Source: a virus (taxonomy: Duplodnaviria; Caudoviricetes). Taken from it: 58,491 bases of DNA. The notes under the pieces are model-generated. The model made no database searches. It had not been told where the DNA came from and worked only from the letters and a program-made list of their open reading frames with translations. A program made the translations under genes and the position numbers. The DNA is taken from positions 1-58,491 of the IMG/VR virus record IMGVR_UViG_3300027659_000039. One strand, 5' to 3'. This document shows, in pieces, positions 27,834-38,092 of this stretch (its first letter is position 1; each line of letters opens with the position of its first letter).

Positions 27834-28460
27834 TTAACCTGTTGCTAATGTACGTAGCGTACGACCAACAAGGCCGCCGATTCCAACTGGTTGACCAGTT
27901 CCATCTGCTTGTATTGCATTGTCAAATTTGACTGTTAGTGTAATAAGGAATGGGTTGCTGTCCTTATAGTCTGCACCGTCATATACTGTATTTTGTAAGT
28001 AACAGCCATTTAATTCAAACACTTCTAAAATTGTTGGTTCAAATGCTCCGTTACCGCCATCTAAAATTTCAATCTTAGTAACAAACTTATAGTCCATACC
28101 GCTTGCGGCACTAGATTGTTCAAAGAAATCAAACTGTTTCTGTACCTGTTCGCCGACTAACTTACTAACGGCTCCTGTTACATCGTCACGTAATACAATT
28201 TGAACGTCTGTGAATGAGTATCTACCAGCATAATTAATCTTGCTGTTATATACTGCTAATTCCACGTTCTCAAATTGAACTGACGGGCGTGTACATGACA
28301 TCACCTGCTTGGTCAATTCTGTTGTGGGCTTGCTGACTCCGAATCCTTCTAACATTACCCTGAAGCGATACTTCAACTTCGGCATTAGTAGGCCTTGTGA
28401 AGCCCCGCCCTGTCCCCCTGGTAGGGGAACTGTAAATTTACTTAAACTAGAGATAGCCAT
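27834..28460 (-). CDS. tail tube protein (gp19-like)
   Basis: PKLKYRFRV, RPSV.FE, YAGR, LRDD, FELNGCY; follows sheath; AAGGAG RBS. Confidence 0.85.
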   Translation of the reverse strand: MAISSLSKFTVPLPGGQGGASQGLLMPKLKYRFRVMLEGFGVSKPTTELTKQVMSCTRPSVQFENVELAVYNSKINYAGRYSFTDVQIVLRDDVTGAVSKLVGEQVQKQFDFFEQSSAASGMDYKFVTKIEILDGGNGAFEPTILEVFELNGCYLQNTVYDGADYKDSNPFLITLTVKFDNAIQADGTGQPVGIGGLVGRTLRTLATG

Positions 28461-28493
28461 TTACTGCTCCTTATTCCTTATTATTTACCTTAA

Positions 28494-31400
28494 TTATAGA
28501 CCAGCTTTGATCTCGCCAGTATTCTTTAAACGCAATGGAATGTAGATAAATTCCACGGCTTTAACTGGCTCGATAGCTACATCTACCCATAGTTCACTGC
28601 GGTCGATGCGTGTTTTAGTATTGTTACTATCATCGCATACCACAATAAAGTCATATAGGGCACGTTGTCCTACTAGTTCTAACATTAGACTTTCTACTGC
28701 ATTCTTAATTTCGTTTCTTGTAGTTCTGTCGTTTGGTTCAAATAAGAACGGACGACTTAGAACATCCAATTGTCTACGTAAGTATGCTACTAATCTAGAA
28801 ACATTAATTCTGTCCAAACTGCTAGTGCCTGATGCTCTTGTGTAATTACCAAAGTTAACAATACCAACACCATTTAATGTTGCAATAGGATTGATCTTAA
28901 CTGTAGACATTACATCTCTAATATTGTTTGGCAGTGCAGTTGTCTTAAATTCGCCGTTGTCGATATAACCAACGCTGGTTGCATTAGATACATTACCACG
29001 CTTAATTCCACTAGGTGCAAACCACTGATAGCTCTTCTGATCGCTGACTGCAATAGTACGTAACATCATGTGGCTTGGTGGAACAACAATATTGTTTCCC
29101 GAGTTGTCGTTAGTATAACCACTTGGATAGAACATGGCCATGTACTCATTATAACTAACTCCTCCCTCGTCACCGTTATCCACAGCTCCTATGGTGTTGT
29201 TACCCCAATTAGCAAGCTCGGTTCCGGTTGGTTGTAAACGGAATGGTGTATCACCGATAACAAACGCTGTATAACTACGATCTTCGTTAAATGCTGACAT
29301 ATTAGCAATTAGTTCAGGGTAGCCTGGGCAAGCAATTAGGTTAAAAACTAATGTGTCAGTATCTCTAACTTGTGAATTAGTATCAACTAATGCTTTTAGT
29401 TTTGCAACAACGTGCGATCTTTGTGAATGACGACCAAATGAACCCGACCCATTGGCATTGTTAGGGCTTACAGTTACCCAACGATCTGGATTGTATGGGG
29501 TTGTGTCGCCGCCACCGTCCATTGGATCGTTAAGATAACGTTGATTGTAGCCATCATTTTCATTAACATCGATGTGATTAACTTTGAATTGTTTAATGTT
29601 AAATCCGCTACGGCGGGTGTTCCACAAACGCATTCCTTGTGGGTATAATGCAGGATCAGGTGCGTCCGGATCTAAGTAATCACTGTTCAGCAATTCTATA
29701 ATTGTAGCAGGATCTGTATCTGGGCCAGCAGTACTCCAACGAGCATCAGCATATAGCCATCCAGTTGGGCTTTCTTGGTCAGTTACATCTTGTTTAATCC
29801 ATTTTAATAATGAACCATTATAGACATATACATTTAGACCATATTCATCGCTAACTGAAGTGTCTATCCAAATATCACCATCAACTAGGTCATAATTACC
29901 GCTATGGCCGCCGACTTGTTGTGTAGGTTGTGTAGCACTTAAAATGGGACCGTATGAATCAGCAGTAGTATATTCAGATGCGTAACCTACCCATGTTGTT
30001 CCGTTGTGTACTAGAATGTCGATATCGTGTGTTGCCGCACTATACCACAATGTGCCGTCTGCTGGGTCTGTATATGGTGCTGTGCTCTTAGCTTCATAAC
30101 TCAATGGTTTCCAATTTGAGCCAATTAGCTCAAATGTATCATATTCTCCTGAAGCAAATAAGTTTTGTGTACCAGTTTGATTCACTAGATCATACTCTGT
30201 AAAGCCTAATGTGGATAATATGTTAGCAGAACCAGTTCCGTCAGTTAGATAAATTTCTCCACCTAGTGCATGGTTGATACTTAATGTACCGTTAGAATTT
30301 AGTTTTGCACTAATATTTTCAAATCCTGCGCCGCTGATTGCAGTTACTATATCTGCACCATTAATATCGCCTGCGCCATTAGCTACAGTAATTGTGGCTG
30401 TATTTTGGCTAACGGCCGACCCAGCAACAGTTTCCCTCATGATAAAGTTTTTAGCACCAGCAACAGTAAATGTTGTAACATCTGCACTACCTGTGATCGT
30501 TGTAGGACTTGTACCGTTACGACGATATACTTTAAATGTTGCCAGTTTAGATGTAGCGGTTGTGCTACCCGTGCCATGATCAAAGTTGCTTTCTATAAAC
30601 AATGAACCAGAGGGTATGTTCTTACCACCCGCTACATCTAATGATTTAATTGCATCTGCACGACTAGGATAAATTGGTGCAGACAATGTTGCCCAAGAAT
30701 TAGTACTACCGTTATAACTTTTTACAGTCCAACTAGCACCTTGACTAGCCGCGGTTGTTTTAATATAAACTGAGCCAGTTGGGTTACCGTTTGCGGCATA
30801 TTGTGGGAACTGATAGTGAGGTTGGATACTTAATGCTACTGCGGAATAAGTTCCAGTAGTTAGTCCTAACGAACCAACTGCGTTTCCGGCAACAGCAACT
30901 ACGCCATTGGTACCGTTGGAACTTGCATTAATATCTGCATATAATTCTAATTTTCCTAAAGAATTAACTTTAGCACCAACACCTAAGTTACCTACAGTAT
31001 TGTTAATTGTAGTTGCAACAGCTGATGTCGATGTAGATCCGATTGTAACAGTTTGACCGTTAATTGTAAATGTAGATGCACCTACTACGGTTCCGAACCC
31101 GCTACTAACTGCAACAGGGTGGCTTGTTTGCCATACTGTGCTGTCAAATGTACTTGAACTAAATGTAGCTCTTAGATCAGTTCCGTAGCTACTACCAATT
31201 AGTACCCACTTGTTATTGTTATTTTTGTAATAGATGGCATTTGTATTGTCCATTGTGACAACAATAGCATACGACCCTTTTGTACCAATGCTTGCTTTTG
31301 GCACCATACTTCCGTCTGTATCAGCGTCAACATTTTCGTCATTAATAATAATAGGAGTTTTATTAACAAACACCTTATTAGTGGCATCCCATTCGCTAAT

Positions 31401-31838
31401 TCCAAATATACTAGAACTAGTATCAACCCAGTGCTGTCCGCTTATCGGTAACCCGGTTGGAGCACTTGTTTTAGCTTCTAACTGACTAAGATCAACATTT
31501 GCTCTAACAATATAAGCCTTTGAACTAACACCTAGTAAACTATATGCGGCTTGTAGACCGTATTCGTTTAATTCTCCACCGTGTACAGGATTACCACTTA
31601 CATCAGTATAAAATTTAGGTGTTCCAAACAAATCAGTTAGGTCCCGTTGACTAGTAACTGTATAAACTTGCCCTACATTGCCAGCTAGTGTGGCAGCGGC
31701 TGTGCCTGTTTTCGAGGCGTTGCTTTTATTTGCAGCGGTTGCTACAAAAATCATTGGTACGGTTCCAGGTGTTGCAGGTGTATAGAAACTTTCATCTATA
31801 ACAGATACTATCGTTCCTGGTGATTGTAATGTTGGCAT
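28494..31838 (-). CDS. tail sheath protein (gp18-like)
   Basis: LQSPG..V..IDES start; PPS, WFAPSG..RG, INPI, DRINVSRL, FEPND..TR, P.KAVEFIYI. Confidence 0.93.
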   Translation of the reverse strand: MPTLQSPGTIVSVIDESFYTPATPGTVPMIFVATAANKSNASKTGTAAATLAGNVGQVYTVTSQRDLTDLFGTPKFYTDVSGNPVHGGELNEYGLQAAYSLLGVSSKAYIVRANVDLSQLEAKTSAPTGLPISGQHWVDTSSSIFGISEWDATNKVFVNKTPIIINDENVDADTDGSMVPKASIGTKGSYAIVVTMDNTNAIYYKNNNNKWVLIGSSYGTDLRATFSSSTFDSTVWQTSHPVAVSSGFGTVVGASTFTINGQTVTIGSTSTSAVATTINNTVGNLGVGAKVNSLGKLELYADINASSNGTNGVVAVAGNAVGSLGLTTGTYSAVALSIQPHYQFPQYAANGNPTGSVYIKTTAASQGASWTVKSYNGSTNSWATLSAPIYPSRADAIKSLDVAGGKNIPSGSLFIESNFDHGTGSTTATSKLATFKVYRRNGTSPTTITGSADVTTFTVAGAKNFIMRETVAGSAVSQNTATITVANGAGDINGADIVTAISGAGFENISAKLNSNGTLSINHALGGEIYLTDGTGSANILSTLGFTEYDLVNQTGTQNLFASGEYDTFELIGSNWKPLSYEAKSTAPYTDPADGTLWYSAATHDIDILVHNGTTWVGYASEYTTADSYGPILSATQPTQQVGGHSGNYDLVDGDIWIDTSVSDEYGLNVYVYNGSLLKWIKQDVTDQESPTGWLYADARWSTAGPDTDPATIIELLNSDYLDPDAPDPALYPQGMRLWNTRRSGFNIKQFKVNHIDVNENDGYNQRYLNDPMDGGGDTTPYNPDRWVTVSPNNANGSGSFGRHSQRSHVVAKLKALVDTNSQVRDTDTLVFNLIACPGYPELIANMSAFNEDRSYTAFVIGDTPFRLQPTGTELANWGNNTIGAVDNGDEGGVSYNEYMAMFYPSGYTNDNSGNNIVVPPSHMMLRTIAVSDQKSYQWFAPSGIKRGNVSNATSVGYIDNGEFKTTALPNNIRDVMSTVKINPIATLNGVGIVNFGNYTRASGTSSLDRINVSRLVAYLRRQLDVLSRPFLFEPNDRTTRNEIKNAVESLMLELVGQRALYDFIVVCDDSNNTKTRIDRSELWVDVAIEPVKAVEFIYIPLRLKNTGEIKAGL

Positions 31839-31936
31839 TGTTAACTCTCCCTTAATGGATTTCTTAGCAGTATTTAGTGTATGACTGGAAAAAATTACGT
31901 GTTAAATACATGAGAAAAGGGCAATAAAAGGGCACT

Positions 31937-32272
31937 ATGCGAAAACTATGTCAAGTTTGTGATAAAAAACCTGTAGCGGTAAATTATATCAAAGAAGGCA
32001 GGACCTATTATAGGTCTAAATGCGATCATTGTGCTAGGGGACTAGGAGAAGGGATACCTAGATGGCAAGCGGCTGGCTATAAATTAAAAAATAAATGTGA
32101 TAAATGCGGGTACGCTGGAAAACATATTGAACAATTCAATGTTTATCATGTAGATGGCAATCTAGATAATTGCCGACCGTCTAATCTCAAGTCAGTTTGT
32201 GCCAATTGCCAACGGCTACTTCACGTGCTAGGCCTTCCCTGGAGGCAAGGGGATTTGACACCTGATCTTTAA
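31937..32272 (+). CDS. zinc-ribbon HNH endonuclease-like protein
   Basis: CxxC pairs; VYHVDGNLDN..PSNL..VCANCQR. Confidence 0.75.
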   Translation: MRKLCQVCDKKPVAVNYIKEGRTYYRSKCDHCARGLGEGIPRWQAAGYKLKNKCDKCGYAGKHIEQFNVYHVDGNLDNCRPSNLKSVCANCQRLLHVLGLPWRQGDLTPDL

Positions 32273-32885
32273 GGGCTTGAAACAATTCGTCTATAGTGCT
32301 ATCGTTAGGTATTAATGTATCAATGTCGCCACCTACCCAGGCAGTTTCACTAGCATGAATTTTAAGCGTTTCTAGTTTTCGTTGACTCAATGCCCAAGTT
32401 GCATTTCCGTTAGGACCGCTATTAAAGCTAACTGCGGCATCATACCAGTCTGGTTCAGGGCCTCGTTTAATACGAATAACTTTTCCGCCTGCGTTGTGTA
32501 TAGCCCTAATCTCATTAGGAAAGCGAACATCGCTAATAACAATGTTGTCGCTTGTTTTACGCATCTTATTTTCTACACTGGCAATCCATATATCATCGTG
32601 GAACCCATGACGACATACTTCTGTACCCCAATATTGTAGTACCCAGCGTGGTGTTAACGTAGGAATGTTTAATCGTTTTGCCCACCACGGATCTACTTGT
32701 TCACGCCATTCTCGGGCTTCTTTTGTTCGTCCTTCCAAGAGAACGCGGTCCCAACCAAATACGGCAGCAACCGCGTCTTTTAATGTATTAGCGAATGAAT
32801 CACGGCGGAATCCGTGAAAATTAACAAGATAGTCTGCGGCAGTATCTTTGCCGCTACCAATAAAACCTACAAAACCTATAATCAT
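32187..32885 (-). CDS. deoxynucleoside monophosphate kinase (gp1-like)
   Basis: GFIGSGKDT, SFA..LKD, TPRWVLQYWGTE, ISDVRFPNE, HASE; start 32885 after GGGAG RBS. Confidence 0.9.
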   Translation of the reverse strand: MIIGFVGFIGSGKDTAADYLVNFHGFRRDSFANTLKDAVAAVFGWDRVLLEGRTKEAREWREQVDPWWAKRLNIPTLTPRWVLQYWGTEVCRHGFHDDIWIASVENKMRKTSDNIVISDVRFPNEIRAIHNAGGKVIRIKRGPEPDWYDAAVSFNSGPNGNATWALSQRKLETLKIHASETAWVGGDIDTLIPNDSTIDELFQALKDQVSNPLASREGLAREVAVGNWHKLT

Positions 32886-32905
32886 AGCATCTCCCGGGAT
32901 ACTAT

Positions 32906-32934
32906 ATTTTATATTAACCTCTAACAAAGGTCAA
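32906..32934 (-). promoter_or_regulatory. sigma70-type promoter for dNMP kinase
   Basis: TTGACC, 17 bp, TAAAAT inside the 3' end of the neck gene. Confidence 0.65.
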
Positions 32935-33672
32935 TGGTTGTTGGTTATCGTAATTATTAATTAATTCCAATTCTAACTTTTCAATTTGGGCAGTGCCTTC
33001 TGCTTTTAAAGAGCCGCCGTTTAACTGTGTACCGCCTTGCGGGCTGGCAATTGTGGCAAATTTTTCACGTGCCTCGCCTAGTATAATTTTAGATTGTGCA
33101 ACTGCGTAATCTTTAAGCCAAATTCCTGCATACGTATCTTCGAATAGGTTAAAATCCGGTCGATAATTATATGCCCAGATTAGAACACTTTCTTGTCCAC
33201 GTGGACGTTGGCTAATTCTTAACTTTTTACTTGTAGGATTAAAATCAAAGTTAATATAACTACCAAACATTTTACCAACTTCTTTTTGGTAGCTGGCAAA
33301 CATAAAATATGTTGCTAGTCCACCAAGATTCGATGAACTCATTAGATATGTATTAGAATAGGCCAAATTAAATGGTTCAAACAACGTACCACCGTCGCCG
33401 CCACCCGTTCTAGATCCTATGCTACGTCGAAATACTTCTCTAACCTGCATAACTTCTTTTGGAAGGATATAGTCGTTTTTGTCATTTTCTAGTGTTAGAA
33501 AACTAAAACTTTCTTCTACGGCATTACTACTACGTTGTCGGTATTTTGCCAGTGCGCGATCAATTGCGGTATTATAGTGAATGGGGTCTAGTTCAATATC
33601 GACCATGCCATCACCTAACATTGTACGTATGTAAGTAACTATTTCTTGGCGGGTTTGTTCTGAATCAGTCAT
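32914..33672 (-). CDS. neck protein (gp13-like)
   Basis: LG...VDIELD, WLKDYA.A..K..LG..R.KF...PQGG..LNG. Confidence 0.82.
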   Translation of the reverse strand: MTDSEQTRQEIVTYIRTMLGDGMVDIELDPIHYNTAIDRALAKYRQRSSNAVEESFSFLTLENDKNDYILPKEVMQVREVFRRSIGSRTGGGDGGTLFEPFNLAYSNTYLMSSSNLGGLATYFMFASYQKEVGKMFGSYINFDFNPTSKKLRISQRPRGQESVLIWAYNYRPDFNLFEDTYAGIWLKDYAVAQSKIILGEAREKFATIASPQGGTQLNGGSLKAEGTAQIEKLELELINNYDNQQPLTFVRG

Positions 33673-33677
33673 ATCAT

Positions 33678-33693
33678 TATTTACCTATAAATA
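33678..33693. promoter_or_regulatory. back-to-back late promoters
   Basis: TAAATA on - (33678-33683) and TATAAATA on + (33686-33693). Confidence 0.7.
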
Positions 33694-33701
33694 CAACTAC
33701 T

Positions 33702-34907
33702 ATGCCGCGCTTATCACTTTATAAACCAGAAAAGGGTGCTGATTTCCGATTTCTTGATCGTGTTATAAACGAACAATTTCAAGTTGGCGGAACTGATATT
33801 TTTATACACAAATATCTTGGCCCTGTAAATCCCCAGGAGGGGACTGCTAGTCCGTCTGTTCCTACAAATGACGGTACGATACCGGAATTAGGAATACAAG
33901 ACCTGTTGTTTATGGAAAATCGAGACAGGCATTATTCCCCTGATGTTTATCAGTTACGCGGTATCTATACCATGCAAGATATAGATTTTAATCTTACACA
34001 GTTCGGAATATTTTTACAAAATGACAACATAATGATCACATTCCATCTAAGGGGTACTGTTGATTCATTAGGTCGTAAACTAATGGCGGGGGATGTATTA
34101 GAATTACCGCATCTTAAAGATGAATATGCGTTAGATGATGCTATGGTGGCATTAAAACGATTCTATGTTGTAACTGATGTTACTCGTGCCGCAACAGGAT
34201 TTAGTCAAACTTGGTATCCTCACTTACTAAGAGCAAAGTGTACGCCGTTAGTAGATAGTCAAGAATTTAAAGAAATTTTAGATGCTGATGCAGGTGATGG
34301 CAGCAGTTCATTAAGGGATGTCCTTAGTACCTACAATAAGAGTATTCAAATTAACCAAGCTATTATAGCGCAGGCAGAAGCAGATAGTCCTACTAGCGGA
34401 TTTGACACTAAGAATTTCTTTGTTCTTCCGCTACGAGAAGACGGCAATGTTGACATTGTCGACACCACTTCATTAGATGCTGATGCTAGCACAGAAAATC
34501 AAGTTATGGATGCTAGTGTAGTATTACATAGCCCAAATAAAGATTATTATGTCGGATACTTAACAGGTGACGCTGTCCCTCCAAACGGAGCTCCGTATAC
34601 GTTTGATACCGCATTTCCTTCAAACCCCCTAAACGGGCAATTTCATTTACGAACTGATTTTTTTCCAAATAGATTGTTTAGGTGGGACGGAGTTCGTTGG
34701 ATTAAATTTGAAGATAATGTTCGAATGACTCTTAATAATACAGGCAATGAGGATACTGCAAACGGTGCTCATTATGCAGGTAAAGCAGTTAGACAAACAC
34801 AAAAAGGTACATTTATTAATAATGCATCTACTTCAACAGTTGCCGGCAAGGTAATTAAAGAAAAACAAGCCTTGAGTAAGGCATTAAGACCACAGGCAGA
34901 TAACTAA
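33702..34907 (+). CDS. putative neck/head-closure protein (gp14-like) with extension
   Basis: DLLFMENRDR.Y, LTQFG.F, GDVLELP; sits between gp13-like and gp15-like genes. Confidence 0.6.
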   Translation: MPRLSLYKPEKGADFRFLDRVINEQFQVGGTDIFIHKYLGPVNPQEGTASPSVPTNDGTIPELGIQDLLFMENRDRHYSPDVYQLRGIYTMQDIDFNLTQFGIFLQNDNIMITFHLRGTVDSLGRKLMAGDVLELPHLKDEYALDDAMVALKRFYVVTDVTRAATGFSQTWYPHLLRAKCTPLVDSQEFKEILDADAGDGSSSLRDVLSTYNKSIQINQAIIAQAEADSPTSGFDTKNFFVLPLREDGNVDIVDTTSLDADASTENQVMDASVVLHSPNKDYYVGYLTGDAVPPNGAPYTFDTAFPSNPLNGQFHLRTDFFPNRLFRWDGVRWIKFEDNVRMTLNNTGNEDTANGAHYAGKAVRQTQKGTFINNASTSTVAGKVIKEKQALSKALRPQADN

Positions 34908-36286
34908 TGGCAGATTTTTTTTATGATGGTCAAGTACGACGATACTTGACACAATTTATGAGGTTAATGAGTAACTTCAGCTATAAGGATGCTAAAGGTA
35001 ATTTAGTAGAAGTTCCTGTTCGCTACGGTGATATGAATCGACAGGTTGCGTCTATTATGAAAAAGAATAGTGAAAATATTATTCAGAGCGCACCATTTAT
35101 TGCCTGTTATATTAAAGACATGCAGTTTGATAGAGATCGATTACAAGATCCAACATTTGTTAGTAAGGTTCAAATAAGAGAACGAGCATATGATGACCAG
35201 GGTAATGAATATCTTAATACGCAAGGAGCTAACTATACCGTAGAAAGAATGATGCCAACTCCCTACCTGGCTACTTTTTCTGCCGATATATGGACCACTA
35301 ACACAGAACAAAAATTACAACTGTGGGAGCAAATTGTTGTATTGTTTAATCCTAGTTTAGAAATACAAACTACAGACAACTATATAGATTGGACCAGTCT
35401 CAGCGTTGTTGAACTAACGGGACAGCAGTTTGAAAGTAGAACAATTCCTCAAGGATTAGAGAGCGATATATCTATTTGTAATTTAAGTTTTTCAGCACCA
35501 ATATGGATTACTCCACCAGCTAAGGTAAAGCAGTTAGGTATTATTACAAAAATTATTACTAATTTACATACTGATCAGCCGGGCACAGTAGCATCAGGAT
35601 CTTATAAAGATATGGGACTAACAGATTTGTTTGCCGGTAGAGTTGCAGATAGTAAGACAGTTGTTTCTCCGGGAAATTATTGCCTATTAGTCATTAACAA
35701 CACCGCAACCTTATTACCATTTAAAGACGGTAATTCAGATGGCATTACTAGTGCATCCGAAATTGCTAATAAAGGGAACTGGAGAAAATTGTTAGATTTA
35801 TATCCTGGCGAATTTAAAGCAGGACTAAGTCAAATACGCCTTATGAAAGTAGACGGCAATGAGGTTGTTTCGTATGTTAGTTTAAATCCAACTGACGACT
35901 CAACAATGGTAATGAACATTGACTCAGATACAATTCCCACCAATACCATAATAGATGGTAGCGGTACAATAGATGCAATTATCAATCCAACAACCTTTAA
36001 TCCATTATCATCTGTCGCCGGTGTTAGATATTTAATATTAGAAGATATTGTAGACGGGGCAGATGCGTGGAGAAATACAGATAATTCTCCATTTATAGCA
36101 TCGGCTAATGATATTGTAAAATGGGACGGCGCATTGTGGACAATAATATTCAATTCAGTTAACGTCACTGATCTCACTTATATAATTAATTCATATACAG
36201 GAATACAGTACAAGTGGGACGGGGAACAATGGACAAAGACATTCGAGGGAGTGTATGATCCGGGCGCTTGGCGTTTAATTTTATGA
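34907..36286 (+). CDS. tail terminator/sheath stabiliser (gp15-like) with C-terminal extension
   Basis: FFYD.QVRRY..QF..L.SNF, VPVRYG, P.PY, QLWEQI..LFNP. Confidence 0.75.
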   Translation: MADFFYDGQVRRYLTQFMRLMSNFSYKDAKGNLVEVPVRYGDMNRQVASIMKKNSENIIQSAPFIACYIKDMQFDRDRLQDPTFVSKVQIRERAYDDQGNEYLNTQGANYTVERMMPTPYLATFSADIWTTNTEQKLQLWEQIVVLFNPSLEIQTTDNYIDWTSLSVVELTGQQFESRTIPQGLESDISICNLSFSAPIWITPPAKVKQLGIITKIITNLHTDQPGTVASGSYKDMGLTDLFAGRVADSKTVVSPGNYCLLVINNTATLLPFKDGNSDGITSASEIANKGNWRKLLDLYPGEFKAGLSQIRLMKVDGNEVVSYVSLNPTDDSTMVMNIDSDTIPTNTIIDGSGTIDAIINPTTFNPLSSVAGVRYLILEDIVDGADAWRNTDNSPFIASANDIVKWDGALWTIIFNSVNVTDLTYIINSYTGIQYKWDGEQWTKTFEGVYDPGAWRLIL

Positions 36287-36708
36287 CAGAAATAGTTTGT
36301 AGTGGCGGTTTGTTTTTAGCTAAAGACACTAAAAGGTTTTTATTTTTGTTAAGGACAAAAGGAAAAACAGCAGGTACCTGGGGACTAGTTGGTGGAAAGA
36401 AGGAACCAGATGATCATACACCGTACGATACATTAAAAAGAGAAGTAAGTGAGGAAGTTGGAAAAGTTCCAGCAATTAAAAAAATTATTCCCTTAGAACT
36501 TTTTATTAGTAATGATAAACAGTTTCATTATAACACCTATGTGTTATTAGTAGAAAAAGAATTCATTCCTACATTAAATGAGGAACATGCCGGCTACGCC
36601 TGGTGCGATTTAAATCAATGGCCTAAACCCCTGCATCAAGGGGTGAAAACCAGCCTAAGTAATAAGTCTATTCGAGGTAAAATAGAAATACTATTAGAAC
36701 TGGTTTAA
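36283..36708 (+). CDS. NUDIX hydrolase
   Basis: Nudix box GGKKE...TLKREVSEEVG; LNEEH.GYAW; ATGA overlap. Confidence 0.9.
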   Translation: MTEIVCSGGLFLAKDTKRFLFLLRTKGKTAGTWGLVGGKKEPDDHTPYDTLKREVSEEVGKVPAIKKIIPLELFISNDKQFHYNTYVLLVEKEFIPTLNEEHAGYAWCDLNQWPKPLHQGVKTSLSNKSIRGKIEILLELV

Positions 36709-36712
36709 ATTT

Positions 36713-37012
36713 TTAAACTAATAAAGTTTTAATTCTAGCGTACATATCTTGGTCAGTCCATGTACCGCGAACTGCTAGATACTCTTCGCCTTCCCATACA
36801 GTAATTCTACGTTCAATATATGGATCTTCGCTGAGTACTAATGTTGCAACCACGGCATTTGAGCGGCCGGATCCTCTAGTAGGATTATTTCCAGTTTCGT
36901 CGTTAGTCCAACCATAGTTTTCTTCAACATGGATAACTTTAAAAGAAGTGGTAGTCTTAGCTTCAGCAGCTGGAACTATTACTATTGGGGTTTCTAATGT
37001 AATGCTTGTCAT
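36713..37012 (-). CDS. hypothetical protein
   Basis: AAGGAG RBS; TAAATA at 37043-37048. Confidence 0.75.
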   Translation of the reverse strand: MTSITLETPIVIVPAAEAKTTTSFKVIHVEENYGWTNDETGNNPTRGSGRSNAVVATLVLSEDPYIERRITVWEGEEYLAVRGTWTDQDMYARIKTLLV

Positions 37013-37075
37013 AAATCTCTCCTTAGGGGTTTGTTAACCAAGTATTTATTGTTTACGTTATTTTAAACATACTTG

Positions 37076-37300
37076 TTAGTCTTTACCAGTAACAATTACG
37101 GCTACTTTATCAACCCAAACAAGTCGTCCATGACAGGCAATATTCCATTTTGTTTCGCCGTATTCATGAGTACATTCTGTAAAAGTTTCGCCAACTAACC
37201 TAACATCAGTGGCCAAATGCTCTACACCGTTTTCAAATATTCGCCAAACTAAATCAGACCCGTTGTGTTTGGTATTGAATCTAATGTGGTATTTGTTCAC
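37076..37300 (-). CDS. small hypothetical protein
   Basis: GTGA overlap with the cysC-like gene. Confidence 0.65.
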   Translation of the reverse strand: MNKYHIRFNTKHNGSDLVWRIFENGVEHLATDVRLVGETFTECTHEYGETKWNIACHGRLVWVDKVAVIVTGKD

Positions 37301-38091
37301 TTCAATCCCAATTCCTTGCGGATTTTTGTAGCACTAATATCTGTTACTGTATCATCAAACGTTTCTTCGCCTGCTGTATAACCCACGCCTCTGCCCCAGC
37401 CGATGTGTACAATGTTAGGAACAACTTGTATTTCGTATTGGCCTTGGTACAATGGATCTAAATCACGTTTGATAAAATTCTTAACCTTTTCTACTTCAAA
37501 TGGATTACTGCCTTGCCAGCCCTGTACGTCACGCACTTGAATAACAACTTGTCCAGTTTTTGCTAGGAGTCTTTCAAATAAGGCACGATGTCCGTCGTGC
37601 CATGGTTGCCAACGTCCCAGCATCTGTACTGTTTCTTTTTTCCAATCAAACGACGGTCTACGGCGATTATCATAAATGTGTGCAAATATAAACTCACTCC
37701 ATTTCTCAGCGTGTTGCTCTGTTATTCTAAAATCATATATTTCAGGCTCAATAAACATTTTATTAGTGTCGGCATATCGACCTTCACGAATAGTATCCAT
37801 CCAAATAGTCCAATCTGCTTTGAAGTTGTTACGCATTTCTATAAGAGGCGCAACGAAATCACAGATAACAAAATCCATATCTGTCATTGAATCTGCTAGA
37901 TCACGCATACGTTTACTTTGACGAATACGACCTTCATGACTAAAGTCCCAGTCATCATATTTTTTACGTACATCGTCAGCATTTAACCAACTTACTCGTT
38001 TTTTTTCATTTTGCAAATGCTCTAATAGATATTGTGCAAGATAAGTTTTTCCGGCACCAGGTAATCCCATAATTAAAATTCTTTGTGGCAT
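37297..38091 (-). CDS. cysC: adenylylsulfate kinase-like domain fused to HxGH nucleotidyltransferase domain
   Basis: GLPGAGKT, LNADDVR, DFS.EGR.RQ, CDFVAP; C-domain GRWQPWHDGH...ISATKIR; AAGGAG RBS before 38091. Confidence 0.8.
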   Translation of the reverse strand: MPQRILIMGLPGAGKTYLAQYLLEHLQNEKKRVSWLNADDVRKKYDDWDFSHEGRIRQSKRMRDLADSMTDMDFVICDFVAPLIEMRNNFKADWTIWMDTIREGRYADTNKMFIEPEIYDFRITEQHAEKWSEFIFAHIYDNRRRPSFDWKKETVQMLGRWQPWHDGHRALFERLLAKTGQVVIQVRDVQGWQGSNPFEVEKVKNFIKRDLDPLYQGQYEIQVVPNIVHIGWGRGVGYTAGEETFDDTVTDISATKIRKELGLK

Positions 38092-38092
38092 G

